Shown: piece by piece, positions 22,359 through 34,184 of the stretch
How positions within the stretch are numbered: position 1 is the first letter of the stretch
Layout: every line of letters starts with the position of its first letter
Origin: an uncultured Planctomycetota bacterium
GTDB lineage: Bacteria; Planctomycetota; Planctomycetia; Isosphaerales; Isosphaeraceae
Direction: 5' to 3'
Assembly (NCBI GenBank): GCA_963771445.1
Contig: CAVYTQ010000007.1
Coordinates: 7,572 to 71,571, forward strand
DNA length: 64,000 bases
Position numbers and translations under genes: made by a program
The notes under the pieces: model-generated
Databases searched by the model: none
What the model was told of the DNA's origin: nothing
The model's input: the letters and a program-made list of their open reading frames with translations, nothing else

Positions 22359-22655
22359 TCAGCCGCCCTTGGAATCCATCGCCTTCTCGATGTCATCGAG
22401 CGGCATGGCGTCGAGTCGCCCGCCGAGCAAGGCCGAGAGCTGCAGACCCACCAGGACCTCGCTCGTGCTCTTGCCGTCGGTGAGCATGTGCAGATAGGGT
22501 TCCGCGCCGACCAGGACCGCGCGGGGCTTCCCGTGCACGGTCAATACATAGCGGACCGTGTTGTCCTCGAGGTCGCGAAGGATTCCGGGGAGGTTCTGAT
22601 GCAGCTCCCGGCTCCCGATGATCCGCACGGGAGACTCCGGGGTCTTGGCGGCCAT
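22359..22655 (-). CDS. Phd/YefM-type antitoxin-like protein (98 aa), no adjacent toxin gene
   Basis: VRIIGSRELHQNLPGILRDLEDNTVRYVLTVHGKPRAVLVGAEPY fits the Phd/YefM N-terminal fold pattern. An AGGAGG-like RBS lies about 12 nt upstream of the ATG at 22655. Confidence 0.7.
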   Translation of the reverse strand: MAAKTPESPVRIIGSRELHQNLPGILRDLEDNTVRYVLTVHGKPRAVLVGAEPYLHMLTDGKSTSEVLVGLQLSALLGGRLDAMPLDDIEKAMDSKGG

Positions 22656-23445
22656 GGATCGTGCATTCCTCCTGCGTTGAGGCCGTTGCATGCGTGAGGA
22701 CCCATCATAAGGATCTTTGACGACGCGTGCCGGCACGGCGCTATCCGTTGCGAGTTGCTGCGACGATGGAAGTTCCCACGAACAACCGCGTTCCCAGAAG
22801 ACAGACGGGACATCCGTCACACTTACAGGCAGGAATCGGCCCCAAGATGGGCCCATCATGGCTGTCGTGAATCGAACAAAGACCTGCCAGGCGACCGGAT
22901 TACGAGAAGCCGTCTTTGCCGAGAATTCGGTGAATTGACGTGCTCGCCGCCATCGACGGCCAGGTTATTCTACAGAGAAGGAGAGCGTTTGCAAGGGTCC
23001 CGGCGAGAGGGAACGCGTTCGTCTTCATCCATCATTTCAGTCATGGTGTCATGGATGGTTGCACCGTCACCGATCTCGGCCGGCGAAAGCCGATTGCATT
23101 AATAGGCTATAATTTTCTAGTATATAAATTTGAATCGAATATCACCCTTTCGGACGTGTGCGTTCGACGACGACGCAAGCATCTCTCATGACTCATTGCA
23201 CTCCGTCGATGACGGCGTGGGCATCGCGGAGGGGATCGCCGGCGACGGCCAGGTGATGGACCGCGTCGCCCGGCGCTTCGGCGTCGGGGCTCTGCTCCGT
23301 GCCCTGGAGGCGGCGCCGTGGGTCGTGGCGGTGGCGATCGCCTCCGGGCGGGGCCGGCCGGGCTTCGGCGAACCGGCCGAGCTCGTGGGGTCCTGGGCGA
23401 CCAGCATGGAGACCGCATCGCCACACATGGGGTCTGCGGAGGTGA

Positions 23446-26400
23446 TCACGGGGTCGCCGTGTCGAACGGGCTCCCGTCCCAAATTTTGATCAGGCCCTGC
23501 TGGTCGGCCGTGGCGATCCGGCGGCCGTCCGGACTGAACGCGACCGCCCAGATGTAGCTGTCGTGGGCCTTGATACTCAGCAGTTCCTGCCCATTCTCGG
23601 GTACCCAGATTTTGAGCAGCCTGTCGCCGCCGACCGAGGCGAGACGGCGGCCGTCGGGGCTGTAGGAGAGGCCGGTGATCTCATAGCCGTGGCCGATCAG
23701 GTGCTGCAACACCCGGCCGTCTGCCGCGTCCCTGACCTGGATCTCGAAATCGGAGCTGGCTGTCGCCAGGCGGGCGCCGTCGCGGCGATAGACCACTTGA
23801 TGGAATGTGAGGTGGGGCACGGAGGAGGTGACCAGCGGATGTCCGGTCTCGATGTTCCAGGTCCGCGTCGAGTCGCCGCTGGTGGCCGCCAGCTCCGCCG
23901 CCGGGACGGAAGGCGACCGCGCAGGATTCCCCCGCCAGGACAGGGGAACGTACGTTGCACGCGGCCGGAAGCGACATCCCATAGCACAATTCGATCGTCG
24001 CGATCCTGGGTCTCTCCTCCCCCGGAGGCGAGCAACGTCCCGTCCCCGCTGAATGCGATCGTCCAGGCAATTCCGCGATGCGCCTGGAGGGCGTGCTGGA
24101 TCCGGCCGGTCCCGGCATCCCAGAGATGGACCTCCCCCGGTCGGTCCTGGCGGCGCCAGTCGCCACTCGCGGATCCGATCCATCGGTCGTCGGGGCTGAA
24201 GGCCACACTCCAGATGTCCTGCTGGGGGCCGGCCAGGGTTGCCCTGAGTTCTCCCCGGGGAACCTCCCAGATCCTGATCTTGCGATCGCCGCCCGCCGAT
24301 GCCAGCAAGTCGCCTCGTTGATTGAAGGCCAGACTCGCGACTCGGCCGGATCCCTGCGTCATCGGCAAGACCTGGCTCTCCTGCGGCATCGTCACGTCCC
24401 ACAGCTTGATCTGACCGTCATAGCCGCCGGTGGCCAGTCGCCGCCCATCGGGATGGAAGGCCAGGGCGAAGATCCCACCCCGATGGCCGATGAGGACCGT
24501 CCGCGGCTTTCCGGTGGCCGCATCCCACAGGATCGCCGTGCTGTCATCGCTGCTCGAGGCGATCATCCGTCCGTCGGCGCTGAAGCCGATCTGGTTGACG
24601 CAGTTGCTGTGACCGACGAGCTCCTGGCGCAAGCGGCCGTCCTCCGCGTCATAGAGCCGGACGATCGCATCGTAGCCCCCCGTCGCGATCGTCCGTCCGT
24701 CGGTGCTGAACGCCGCGAACATCGCCGGAGCCCGATGATCACGCAGGCTGAATCGCTCCTTCCCCGTCCCGACGTCCCAGACGACGATGCGGTTCAGCTT
24801 CTCCGCGGACTCGAACGAGGTGGCTCCGCCCACGGTGGCGATCACACGGCTGCCGTCGGGGCTGAACGACGGCGCATACGCGGGCTCCTCGGGGGTCGGG
24901 ATCTTGCGGATCGCCGCGCCCGATGCCGCGTCCAGGATCCATACGCATCGATCTCGTCCGGAGCGATCGCCGCTGGCGATGACCAGGCGTCGGCCGTCGG
25001 CGCTGAATGCACCGCCGGAATGGGTCCCCGTCCCGATGTCGATCGACACCCGGGTCTCGCCGCTATCCAGCTCCCGGACCAGGACCGCGTCCGTCTCGGT
25101 CGGGGTCCCGCCGATCGCCGCGAACCTGCTGCCATCGAGGCTCAGCGCCAGGCCCGTACGCGGGCTGCGATACCCGCTCCACATGTGACGCAGACGCCCC
25201 GTCTCGACATCCCAGACCCGGACAGTCCGATCGTCGCCGGTGGAGGCGAGATACCGACCGTCGCGCGTGAAACCGAGACCATACACGGTCCGTTGGTGGC
25301 CGGTGAGTGTGAGCAACTCGGCATGGCACCGCCGCTTGAGGTGATGCCATTCCCAGTTCCGGTGGTCGGCCGGGCACTCGTCGAGCAGTCGTTCGGCCTG
25401 ATAGGCATTGTGGTCGCCCAGCTCGCGCTGGGCGAAATTCACGCGATTTGTGTACAGGAACCTTCGTTCGCCCTCGAGGGCAGCCTGCGCGATCCCGCGC
25501 TGTCGATCCGCCTCGACCTGGGCCGACTTCAGCCGCGCCTGGAATCCCAGAGCGATGACCAGGGCACATAGAGTGAGGGCCGCCAATCCACTCGCGCGAA
25601 ACAGCCCCGCGCCGGCCGGGTTGCGCCGGCACCACCGCCAGGTTCGCTCGAATGCCGAACTCCGCCGCGCAGGATCGGCCGGTCCGCCAGATAATCGCGC
25701 AGGTCAGCGGCCAGGGCCTCGGCCGTCGCATAACGATCGCCGGGCTCCTTGGCGATCGCCTTGATCACGATCGTCTCCAGGTCCCGGGGGATCCGCGGGT
25801 CCTGCTTGCGGGGCCGTGGCGGCGGGTCGTGGATCACGTGCTGGATCAGGTGGGCACGCGTCGCGGCCTCGAACGCCGGCCGCAAGGTCAACAGCTCGTA
25901 CAGGGTCATCCCCAATCCATAGATATCGCTACGGCGGTCGGACCATCCTTCGAATCGCTCGGGAGCCATGTAACGGAGCGTGCCGACGATGTCGCCGGTC
26001 TGGGTGGGCCCCTCGGAGCCCTCGAGCTTCGCCAGGCCGAAGTCGGCGACCCAGACATGGCCGGCGGCGTCGAGCAGGAGGTTCGACGGCTTGATATCGC
26101 GGTGGAGTACTCCCTGGGCGTGTGCGTGGGCCAGTGCCGAGGCGACCTGTTTACCCAGGCGGGCGACTGTGCGGTAATAACCCGAGTCGTTGGACTGCGA
26201 GAACACCGAGCCGCCACCGGCGGCGGACGGACGAGGAGCGTCGGCAACGCCGCGGGCAGCATCGAGGGTCGCTGTTACCGTCGCGTCGGCCGCGATTGGA
26301 CCCGGGTTCGAGGGCGTCAACGTTCCGGTCAAGAGCGGCCGAGCCAGGCCAACCGAGTCGTTGCCGCCGTTGCGACCATCGGCATTCGCCGCCGGCGACA

Positions 26401-26962
26401 AGCCGGCGTCTCGGAGGCGGCGCAGGTCGTCGAGGATCACGTCCAGGCCGTGGCCCTGGATGTACTGCATCGCATAATAATAGACGCCTTCCTGCTGGCC
26501 CATGCCGTAGACGGGAACGATGTGGCCGTGATGCAGCCGCGCCGCCGATCGCGACTCCAGGCGGAACCGCTCGATCTGCACGCCGTCGATCCGGCCGTGA
26601 AACGGCAGGATCTTCAGGGCCACGCGGCGGCCCAGCGACTCCTGGATGGCCTCGTAGACCACCCCCATGCCGCCATGGCCAATCTCGCGGACAATGCGAT
26701 ATTCCCCGAGCTGCTCGAGCGGGCAAGGCGCAGCCCGGGTGCCCGGGCCGTCGAACGAGGCCGTGAGGTCGCGTTCGGCGGGCTTGAGGCCCTCCATCAG
26801 CTCCAGGGCCGGGAAGCACTCGAGGATCTGCTCGGCCCATTCGGGATGGAGCACGGCGTACTCGGCCGGCGAAGGCTCCTCACCACGGCGACGACGCTCC
26901 AGGAACTCGGCGGCCAGCCGCTCCAGCGGATCGCGATCGGAGGCGGAAGATGGAGCGTCCAC
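23446..26962 (-). CDS. Ser/Thr protein kinase with one TM segment and C-terminal WD40 repeat array (at least three apparent frame breaks near 25668, 23945 and 23905)
   Basis: Kinase motifs GHGGMGVVY, VALK, HRDIKPSN, DFGLAK and MAPE. TM segment AALTLCALVIALGF. There are more than 12 WD40-like units (GHxxxVxxVAFSPDGxxLAS...IxLWD). GTG start. The pieces are track ORFs 25529..26962, 23697..25586 and 23446..24402. Confidence 0.9.
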
Positions 26963-27023
26963 GAGCGTCCCTTCAACGGAAGGCCGTCGGAGATCGGGGA
27001 GTCAATTTTCGCCCGCAATGCAC

Positions 27024-27251
27024 TCAGGACTCGAAGAACCCCGGCATACCGGCCAGTTCCAGTTTGAGGCGCATCACCGCGCGGATGTAGATGCTGCTGG
27101 CCGCCGAGTTCGATATTCCCAACACCTGCGCGGTCTCGCTGTTGCCGAGCTCCTCGAAATGCCGCAAGGTCAACACCTCGCGGTCCATCGGGTCCATCAT
27201 ATTGAGCACGTCTTGCAGTACGGCCTCAGTTCGGCTCGAGTCGCTCAACAT
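27024..27251 (-). CDS. sigma-70 region-4-only protein (75 aa; truncated ECF sigma factor or stand-alone HTH)
   Basis: DREVLTLRHFEELGNSETAQVLGISNSAASSIYIRAVMRLK is a typical ECF sigma-4 HTH. An in-frame TAA lies 18 nt upstream of the ATG. No region-2 motif appears in any frame of 27252-27787. Confidence 0.7.
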   Translation of the reverse strand: MLSDSSRTEAVLQDVLNMMDPMDREVLTLRHFEELGNSETAQVLGISNSAASSIYIRAVMRLKLELAGMPGFFES

Positions 27252-27787
27252 CGCTGTGACCCTACCCTCTTATCTGCGGCCGATGACCGACTGTCTGCGG
27301 GGACGATGAATTTTCCTTGCTCCCTTGCGGTTTCCGCATGGAGAGATTGCGTGACCGATCTTCATCGGTGATCATTGTCCGCGCGTTGCATCCGTAGATC
27401 TGTCCGGCCATTATCACCGGAACTAACCGCGATCGCCAGAGGCTCGTCACAGTTCCGAGTGGGCCCGAGACTCCCCGCTCAACGCGACCGCGCGGGCCAC
27501 CGCGGCCCTCATCCCTCTCCGTCGCCGAGAGCCCGTGTAATCGTCGCGACCCGCAAGATCGGCGGGCCGCGGCTGCGAAATTCTGCCGCCAGGCGCCGCC
27601 AGGCGCCGTTTCCGGCCCGACCCGAGCCCCCGATCTCCAACGCCACCCCCTGCGCCCCGGTCGGGGAGGAGGTGCCCGAAGGGCCGATGAGGGGGCGGTG
27701 GGTGCATCCGCAGATCGGCCGGCAACTCACTCGCCACGGTGGCGTTCAGCGAGTAATCTCGTGGACCCCCCGCTCGACCCATCGCGA

Positions 27788-29007
27788 TCATCTGGTCGGA
27801 GTCGAAGCGGGCTCCGCAGGCGCCATCTCGACCGCAACGGCGACGGCCTCGCCGCCGCCGATGCAGAGGCTGGCGACGCCGCGTCGTCCGCCCGTCCGCT
27901 TCAGGGCGTGCAGGAGCGTGACCAGGATCCGGGTTCCGCTGCAACCGATCGGGTGCCCCAGCGCCACGGCACCGCCGTGGATGTTGAGCTTCTCCGGCGG
28001 GATCGCCAGCTCGCGCGCGACGACCATCGCGACGACCGCGAACGCCTCATTGATCTCGAAGAGGTCGACCTGTTCGACGCCCCACCCGACGCGGTCGAGC
28101 AACTTGCGGATCGCGTAGATCGGCGCCGTGGTGAACCACTCGGGCTCCTGGCTGTGGGTCGCCGCGCCGACGATCCAGGCCATCGGATCGGCGCGAATCG
28201 CCCCCGTTCGTCGTCGGAGGCCAGCAGGACGGCCGCCGCGCCGTCGCTGATGCTCGAGGCATTCCCGGCCGTGATCGTGGCCGCGGGATCGTCCGCCGCG
28301 CCGAACGCCGGCCTGAGCGCACGCAGCTTGGCCTCGTCGAATTTCGCCGGCCCTTCATCACTCGAGACGAGCGCCGTCTTCCCCCGAGAAGCGACCGCGA
28401 CGGGAACAACCTCGTCGACGAAGGCACCGGCCTCGATCGCCGCTCGGGCCCGCGTGAAGCTCCGCACCGCGAAGTCGTCCTGCTCCCGGCGGCCAAACTG
28501 AAATGTTGATGCGCACGAATCGCCGCATGTGCCCATGTGCTTCTGGTTGTACACGTCCCACAGGCCGTCGTGGATCATCGCGTCGACCAGCTCGCCGTTC
28601 CCCAGGCGATAGCCCTCGCGGGCGCGGGTCAGCAGGTAGGGAGCACGGCTCATGCTCTCCATGCCGCCGGCGACGACCAGCGCGGACTCGCCCAGGCGAA
28701 TGGCCTGGTCGGCCAGCATGATGGCCCTGAGCCCCGACCCGCAGACCTTGCTCACGGTCGTGGCACCGACGCCATGGGGCAGTCCGGCAAACAACGCCGC
28801 CTGCCGCGCGGGGTTCTGTCCCAGTCCCGCGCCGATCACGTTGCCCAGGATGACCTCGTCGATACGCCCCGGCTGGACCTCGGTGCGCCGCAAGATCGCC
28901 TCGATGCAGGCGGCCCCCAGGCGAGGGGCCGGGACGGTCGCCAGCGCACCGTTCATCGCACCCATCGGGGTGCGCACGGCGTCGATGATCCAGGTCCGCG
29001 CTGCCAC
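27788..29007 (-). CDS. acetyl-CoA C-acetyltransferase (thiolase; one apparent frame break near 28190)
   Basis: Active-site Cys region VSKVCGSGLRAI. C-terminal NIHGGAVALGHPIGCSGTR. GTG start. The pieces are track ORFs 27901..29007 and 27788..28183. Confidence 0.9.
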
Positions 29008-29104
29008 GCTCAGGGCTCCCCATCCGACCCGGAAGCTGCCGGCGATGCTGCCGCGGCCGATGCCGAGCGGCCGCCGGCGGACTTCGTGGACTGCGTGCCC
29101 TTCT

Positions 29105-29938
29105 TCATCGCCCCGCCGGCCTGGGCCGCGGGGGTCGCGCCCTGCGCGCCACCGTCGGCCGGCCGGATCGGCGCGGACGACGCGCCACGGCCTGATCGGG
29201 CTGGCCGCCGTAATAATTCTGGTGATATTCCTCGGCCCGGTAAAAGGTCTTCATCGGCATGAGCTGGGTGACGATCGGCCCCCGATAGACCCGGGCCGCG
29301 GTCAGCTCGCGGTACGACTTGAGCGCGGCCTTGCGCTGGGCCTCGTTGTGGTAGAAGATCACCGAGCGGTACTGCGTGCCGACGTCCGGCCCCTGGCGAT
29401 TCCACTGCGTCGGGTCGTGGCCGTGCCAGAACACCTTGAGCAACTGCTCATAGGTGATGACCGACGGGTCGTACTCGACCTGGACGACCTCGGCATGCCC
29501 GGTGTCCCCTTCGTGCACCTGCTCGTAGGCGGGGTAGGGTACGCTCCCTCCCGCATACCCCGAGACCGCCGACTTGACGCCCGGCAGCCATTCGAACTCG
29601 GCCTCGACGTGCCAGAAGCAGCCCGCCCCGAACGTCGCCTTCTCCAGCTTCGGCGCGGTCGAGCCCAGCGAGCCACCCGCCTTGCTCTCCGTGCCATTCA
29701 GCTTGGCCTCGGCCGCGTCGAACGGATCCCCGGCTGTCGGATCGGTCGCCCCCGGAGATGCCTCGGCGGCCGGGCTGGCCTCGTCGCTCGGCGCCTTCGA
29801 GTCTTGCCGTGACGAATCGGCCCCCCCTGCCCCGGGCGGGCGGGGCGTGGCCTTGCCCGCGGATTGGGCGAAGACGCCCGGCGCCCAGCCGACCGCCATC
29901 ACCGACACCAAGCATGCGGACAGCAACCGAGCGTTCAT
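29105..29938 (-). CDS. msrA: peptide-methionine (S)-S-oxide reductase with signal peptide and low-complexity linker
   Basis: Motifs GAGCFWHVEAEF, GHAEVVQVEYDP and QYRSVIFY. Start set at MNARLLSACLVSVMAV. The 3-prime end is uncertain. A frame shift near 29180 would give an Ala/Ser/Lys-rich tail ending at 29010. Confidence 0.88.
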   Translation of the reverse strand: MNARLLSACLVSVMAVGWAPGVFAQSAGKATPRPPGAGGADSSRQDSKAPSDEASPAAEASPGATDPTAGDPFDAAEAKLNGTESKAGGSLGSTAPKLEKATFGAGCFWHVEAEFEWLPGVKSAVSGYAGGSVPYPAYEQVHEGDTGHAEVVQVEYDPSVITYEQLLKVFWHGHDPTQWNRQGPDVGTQYRSVIFYHNEAQRKAALKSYRELTAARVYRGPIVTQLMPMKTFYRAEEYHQNYYGGQPDQAVARRPRRSGRPTVARRARPPRPRPAGR

Positions 29939-30379
29939 GGCAAGGTTCCCCGGGCCCTCCCCGCATCGGGTCGTTGGGCCGCCAGCCTCATCGCGGCGGC
30001 CGGGGGAATGTGTGAGCGAGTGCGTACAGGCCATCGATTCCGACCGAGCGATCGATTCCACCACCTCTTAACATAGGGCTCCGGCGTCGATGATTCAAGT
30101 CGCCGTGCATCCAACGATCGTCCGGGCACCCGGATTCCACCGTTTCGTCCGGCTCGTTGCGAACCGCTGCCGCGAGCCGACGAACTCCGATTGCGTTCCT
30201 GCTCGACCGGCGAGATAATCCCCCGCGCCATCGGTACGGACCGGGTGCCCGACCAGTCTGGGCAGCCCGATGAGATTGGCCTGCGGTCGTCATCCGCAAC
30301 ATTCGCGGGGAGTGGCCGGGTCACAGCATCCCTCGATCCTCCTCCGTCTCGAGACCATTGATGGACAGAGGAGGACGGT

Positions 30380-33300
30380 ATGCGCCCGAGTCGTCGCTGG
30401 TGGATCTTCATCCTGGCGAGCACCCCGGCATGGGGCGGCTGGTGGTTTCTCTCTCACCGGGATCATCCGAGCCCGGGCGAGAGCCGGATGGATCGCGAGG
30501 ATGCCAATGACAGGGGTCCGGCAGCGGTCGATTCCGGCCAGCGGCGGGCCATCGATCGCCAGCCGTCCGCCGCGACGGCCGCCACCTCCGACGACGCGCC
30601 GCCGCTGGCTCCTCCCGAGCCGACGGGCGAGCCGGGTATCCCGGGGTCGTTCCCCGCTCTCGAGAAGATTTCTTCGAAGGCCGGTCCCGCTCCGGACGAC
30701 TCCGGCGGGCTGGACCATTTGCCAGCGTTTGACGACGAGCTCGTTCCGGCGGCTGCCGAGGCCGATCTGGATCGGGGAGACGAGCTCCGACGCGGGATGC
30801 AGGCCCAGGAGGACGGGCGGCTGGCCGACGCCGAGCGCCATTTCCTCGCCGCCCTCAAGGACCCCGCCTCCCGACCGGCCGAAGCCCGTCGCAAGCTCGC
30901 CGAGGTCTACTGGCTGGAGGGGCGGTTTGACGAGGTTCGCGCACTCGCCGAGAACCTCTGGCGCGATGCCGATCGCACCGGCTCTCGCGGCGAGGCGCAG
31001 GCCATGCTCCAGTTCCACATGACGCTCGGCCTGAATCCCCTGCCGATCGACCGGATTCGATCGACGCTCGACCGCGCCATCGGGCAGTCCCCTCAGGACG
31101 ATCGCGTCTGGCTGGGCCGCGCCTACCTGGCCTTGCGCGACGGACGGCTCGCCGAGGCCCGATCGTGGCTCGACGCCTGTCGGCGCCGCCGGCCCGACGA
31201 CCCGGCCGTCTGGCGGGCACGGCTGGAATTCGCCCTCGCGTCCGACCGGGTGGACGAGGCGCGCGAGGCGCTCCCGTTCCTCCGCACCGACGACTTTCCC
31301 CCGGAGCGGGTGCACGAGCTGCGGGCATGGTTCGCCGCTCGCCGCGGCGACTCCGAGGCGGAGCGACGGGCACTTGATCAGGCCGTCGCGGTCAACCCGG
31401 GTTGTCTCACGGCCCTCGAGCGACTGGCCGAGCTGGCCACCCGCGACGGGCGAGCGGAGGAAGGCGCAAGGCTCCGCCGGCGCAAGGCCGAGCTCGACGT
31501 CGCGATGCATCGCTACCGGACCCTCTTCCGCGAGGACGACCCGATCGCCAGCACCGCCCGGCTGGCCCGATTGGCCGAGACGCTCGGCCGCCGGTTCGAG
31601 GCGATCGGACTGTGGACGCGGGTTCGCGAGCTCTCACCCTCCGACACCGACGCCCCGGCCGCGCTCGGAAGGCTGTCGAGGGCTCTGGCCGACCGCGGCA
31701 CCTCGTCTCCCGCCCGGGCGCTGGCCGCGGAGTATGCCGATGACCTGGGAAGCCTCTCCGCGACGGCGGCCCCGCCCGCGCAGCCTGCGGCCGGGGCGTC
31801 CGGCGGACGCCGCATGGTGCCCCTGTTCCGCGACGACGCCGGATCCGCCGGGCTGGACTTCACCTTCGTGAACGGCTCGTCGCCGCAACGGCAGCTACCC
31901 GAGGCCTCCAGCGGCGGCGCGGCGCTGCTCGACTACGACGGCGACGGCCGACTCGACGTATTCTTCGTCCAGGGAGGCGCTTCCCACCCGCGACCGGCGC
32001 AGTCCGTCGCCTCGCCGCCGCACCCCCCGGCGCCGGACGCTCGCCGAGCGATTGGCGACCGCCTCTTCCGCAACCGGGGCGACGGGACCTTCGAGGACGT
32101 CACGCGACGATCCGGCCTGGCCGCGCTCTCCCGCGGCTATGGGCACGGCGTGGCCGTCGGCGATTACGACAACGACGGCCGGCCCGACCTCTTCGTCACC
32201 CGGTGGCGCTCGTACGCCCTCTATCACAACCGGGGCGACGGCACGTTCGAAGACGCCACCGCCGCCATGGGACTCGCCGGCGACCGCGACTGGCCGACCT
32301 CCTCGGCGTTCGCCGACCTGGACGGCGACGGCGACCTCGACCTCTACGTCTGCCATTACCTCGTCTGGGACGCCGACAAGCCCGAGGTCTGCCGGAGCCC
32401 ATCCTCCGGCCGGGTCAACCCGTGCGACCCGCTCCGCTTCGCCGCCCGGCCCGACCACCTGTTCCGCAACGACGGCTCGCGGTTCGTCAACGTCACCGAG
32501 CAAGCGGGGATCGTCGACCGCGACGGCCGAGGGCTCGGTGTGGTCGCCGCCGATGTCGACGACGACGGCAAGGTCAACCTGTTCGTCGCCAACGACGGGA
32601 CGGCCAACTTCCTGTTCCTCAATCGGGGCGGCATGCGCTTCGAGGAATCCGGGCACGAGTCGGGGGTGGCGGCTGCCGGAGGCGGGGGCTATCGCGCGGG
32701 GATGGGGGTCGCCCGCGGCGACCTCGACGGCGACGGCCGCCTCGATCTCGCCGTCACCAACTTCTTCGGCGAGTCGACCACGTTCTACCAGGACATCGGC
32801 GGCGGCCTCTTCACCGACCGCACGTCGGCCGTCGGCCTGGACGCCCCGAGCCGGTATCGCCTGGGCTTCGGCGTGTCATTCCTCGACGCCGACGACGATG
32901 GCCGCCTCGACCTCTTCACCGTCAACGGCCACATCGCCGACGCTCGCCCCGAGATCCCCTACGCGATGCCCGCGCAGCTCATGCTGGGCGGCGCAGGCGG
33001 CCGGCTGGTCGACGTGAGCTCGGCGGCCGGCGCCCCGTTCCAGGTCCCCCGGCTCGGCCCGCGCTGGCGGTCGGCGACCTCGACGACGACGGCCGCCTCG
33101 ACGCGATCGTCGTCGGCCATGAAGGGCCGGCGTCCTACTTCCACAACACGGGTCCCGGCGGCCATTCGATCACGATCCGGCTGGAGGGTACGAAGTCCAA
33201 CCGCGACGCCGTCGGTGCCCGGGTAACCGTCCAGGCTGGGGGGAAAAGTCAGGTCGGCGAACGGTTCGGCGGCGGCAGCTACCAGTCGGCCAGCGACCCT

Positions 33301-33489
33301 CGGCTGCACTTCGGCCTGGGGAAAGCCACCAGGGTCAACGCCATCGAGGTCCGCTGGCCGTCGGGGCGCGTCGAGCGGTTCGGATCGCTGGCCGCCGACG
33401 CCGGATACCTGATCCGCGAGGGCGAGCCTGCCGCACGAACTCTTTCGCGGCCCAGCCGCCGTGATGCGCCGCGGCCGGCCGGCCGATGA
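30380..33489 (+). CDS. CRTAC1/ASPIC-UnbV family protein with N-terminal TPR region and FG-GAP/VCBS repeats (one apparent frame break near 33055)
   Basis: N-terminal TM (WWIFILASTPAWGGWWF) and TPR-like helices. Repeated DYDGDGRLD / DLDGDGDLD / DVDDDGKVN units are present. The C-terminal UnbV_ASPIC-like motif GGSYQSASDPRLHFGLG lies in the frame of track ORF 32203..33489. Confidence 0.85.
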
Positions 33490-33540
33490 GCCGGCCAGCC
33501 ATCGAGAGCTGACAGGACGATCAGGGTGATCTCGCGGCGT

Positions 33541-33915
33541 TCAGCGGCGGTCCTCGGGGCGAGTCCCGGGGAGGACTTCGAACCACGCGCCCGCGGCGGC
33601 GAGTGCCCCGGGAATGAACAGCAGGACGGGGCTCCATCTCAGGGAGACCTGCTCGACGGCGCGGTACACGACCTCACTCGGCGCGTCGGGATCGCGACCC
33701 ATCACGGTCCAGGCGACACACGATCCCACAATCATGCAGGCGATCAGATAGAAGAGGAACCACCATCCCAGGGCGAACATCACCTTCGTGGACCCGGCCA
33801 CGCCCCGTCGCCGCTTCTTCTTTCGCTGGACCTTGGGTTCGAAGACCTCGGCGCAATACCGGCACTTGATCGCGGCGTCCTGGATCTGCGCACGACAGAA
33901 GGGGCATGGCTTCAT
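33541..33915 (-). CDS. zinc-ribbon membrane protein, copy A (124 aa)
   Basis: N-terminal CPFC...CRYC zinc ribbon, a basic linker (KKKRRRG), then two hydrophobic segments. Confidence 0.7.
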   Translation of the reverse strand: MKPCPFCRAQIQDAAIKCRYCAEVFEPKVQRKKKRRRGVAGSTKVMFALGWWFLFYLIACMIVGSCVAWTVMGRDPDAPSEVVYRAVEQVSLRWSPVLLFIPGALAAAGAWFEVLPGTRPEDRR

Positions 33916-34184
33916 GGCCGTATCCCTGTGCGAGGAGGATGGGGAGATCGGCCGCGACCCAGGGGACCGGGCACAGGTGGACGCCCGAGGGGCCGGCCTC
34001 GACGGCTGATTCTGCCGGCACCGGCCCGCGAGGCAAGGGAAAAGCCGGCCGCGACCGGGACGGCTGGCCGCCGACGCCGGATACCTGATCCGCGAGGTCG
34101 ATCGGTCGCGACGCGACGCTCAACGCGCCAAGGGGGGGTCGCTAGTGCCCTTCCGAATGACCGGACCTGGCCGCTGGTTCATCG

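Noticed and set aside
23130-23489. Overlapping ORFs 23130..23489 (+), 23186..23482 (-) and 23193..23426 (-) downstream of the kinase gene
   Set aside because: All three have high third-position GC, none shows a recognisable motif, and they are mutually exclusive. I cannot decide by eye which, if any, is coding, so they are left unannotated.
24078-27067. ORFs 24078..25571 (+, 497 aa) and 25652..27067 (+, 471 aa)
   Set aside because: They are antisense shadows of the kinase-WD40 gene.
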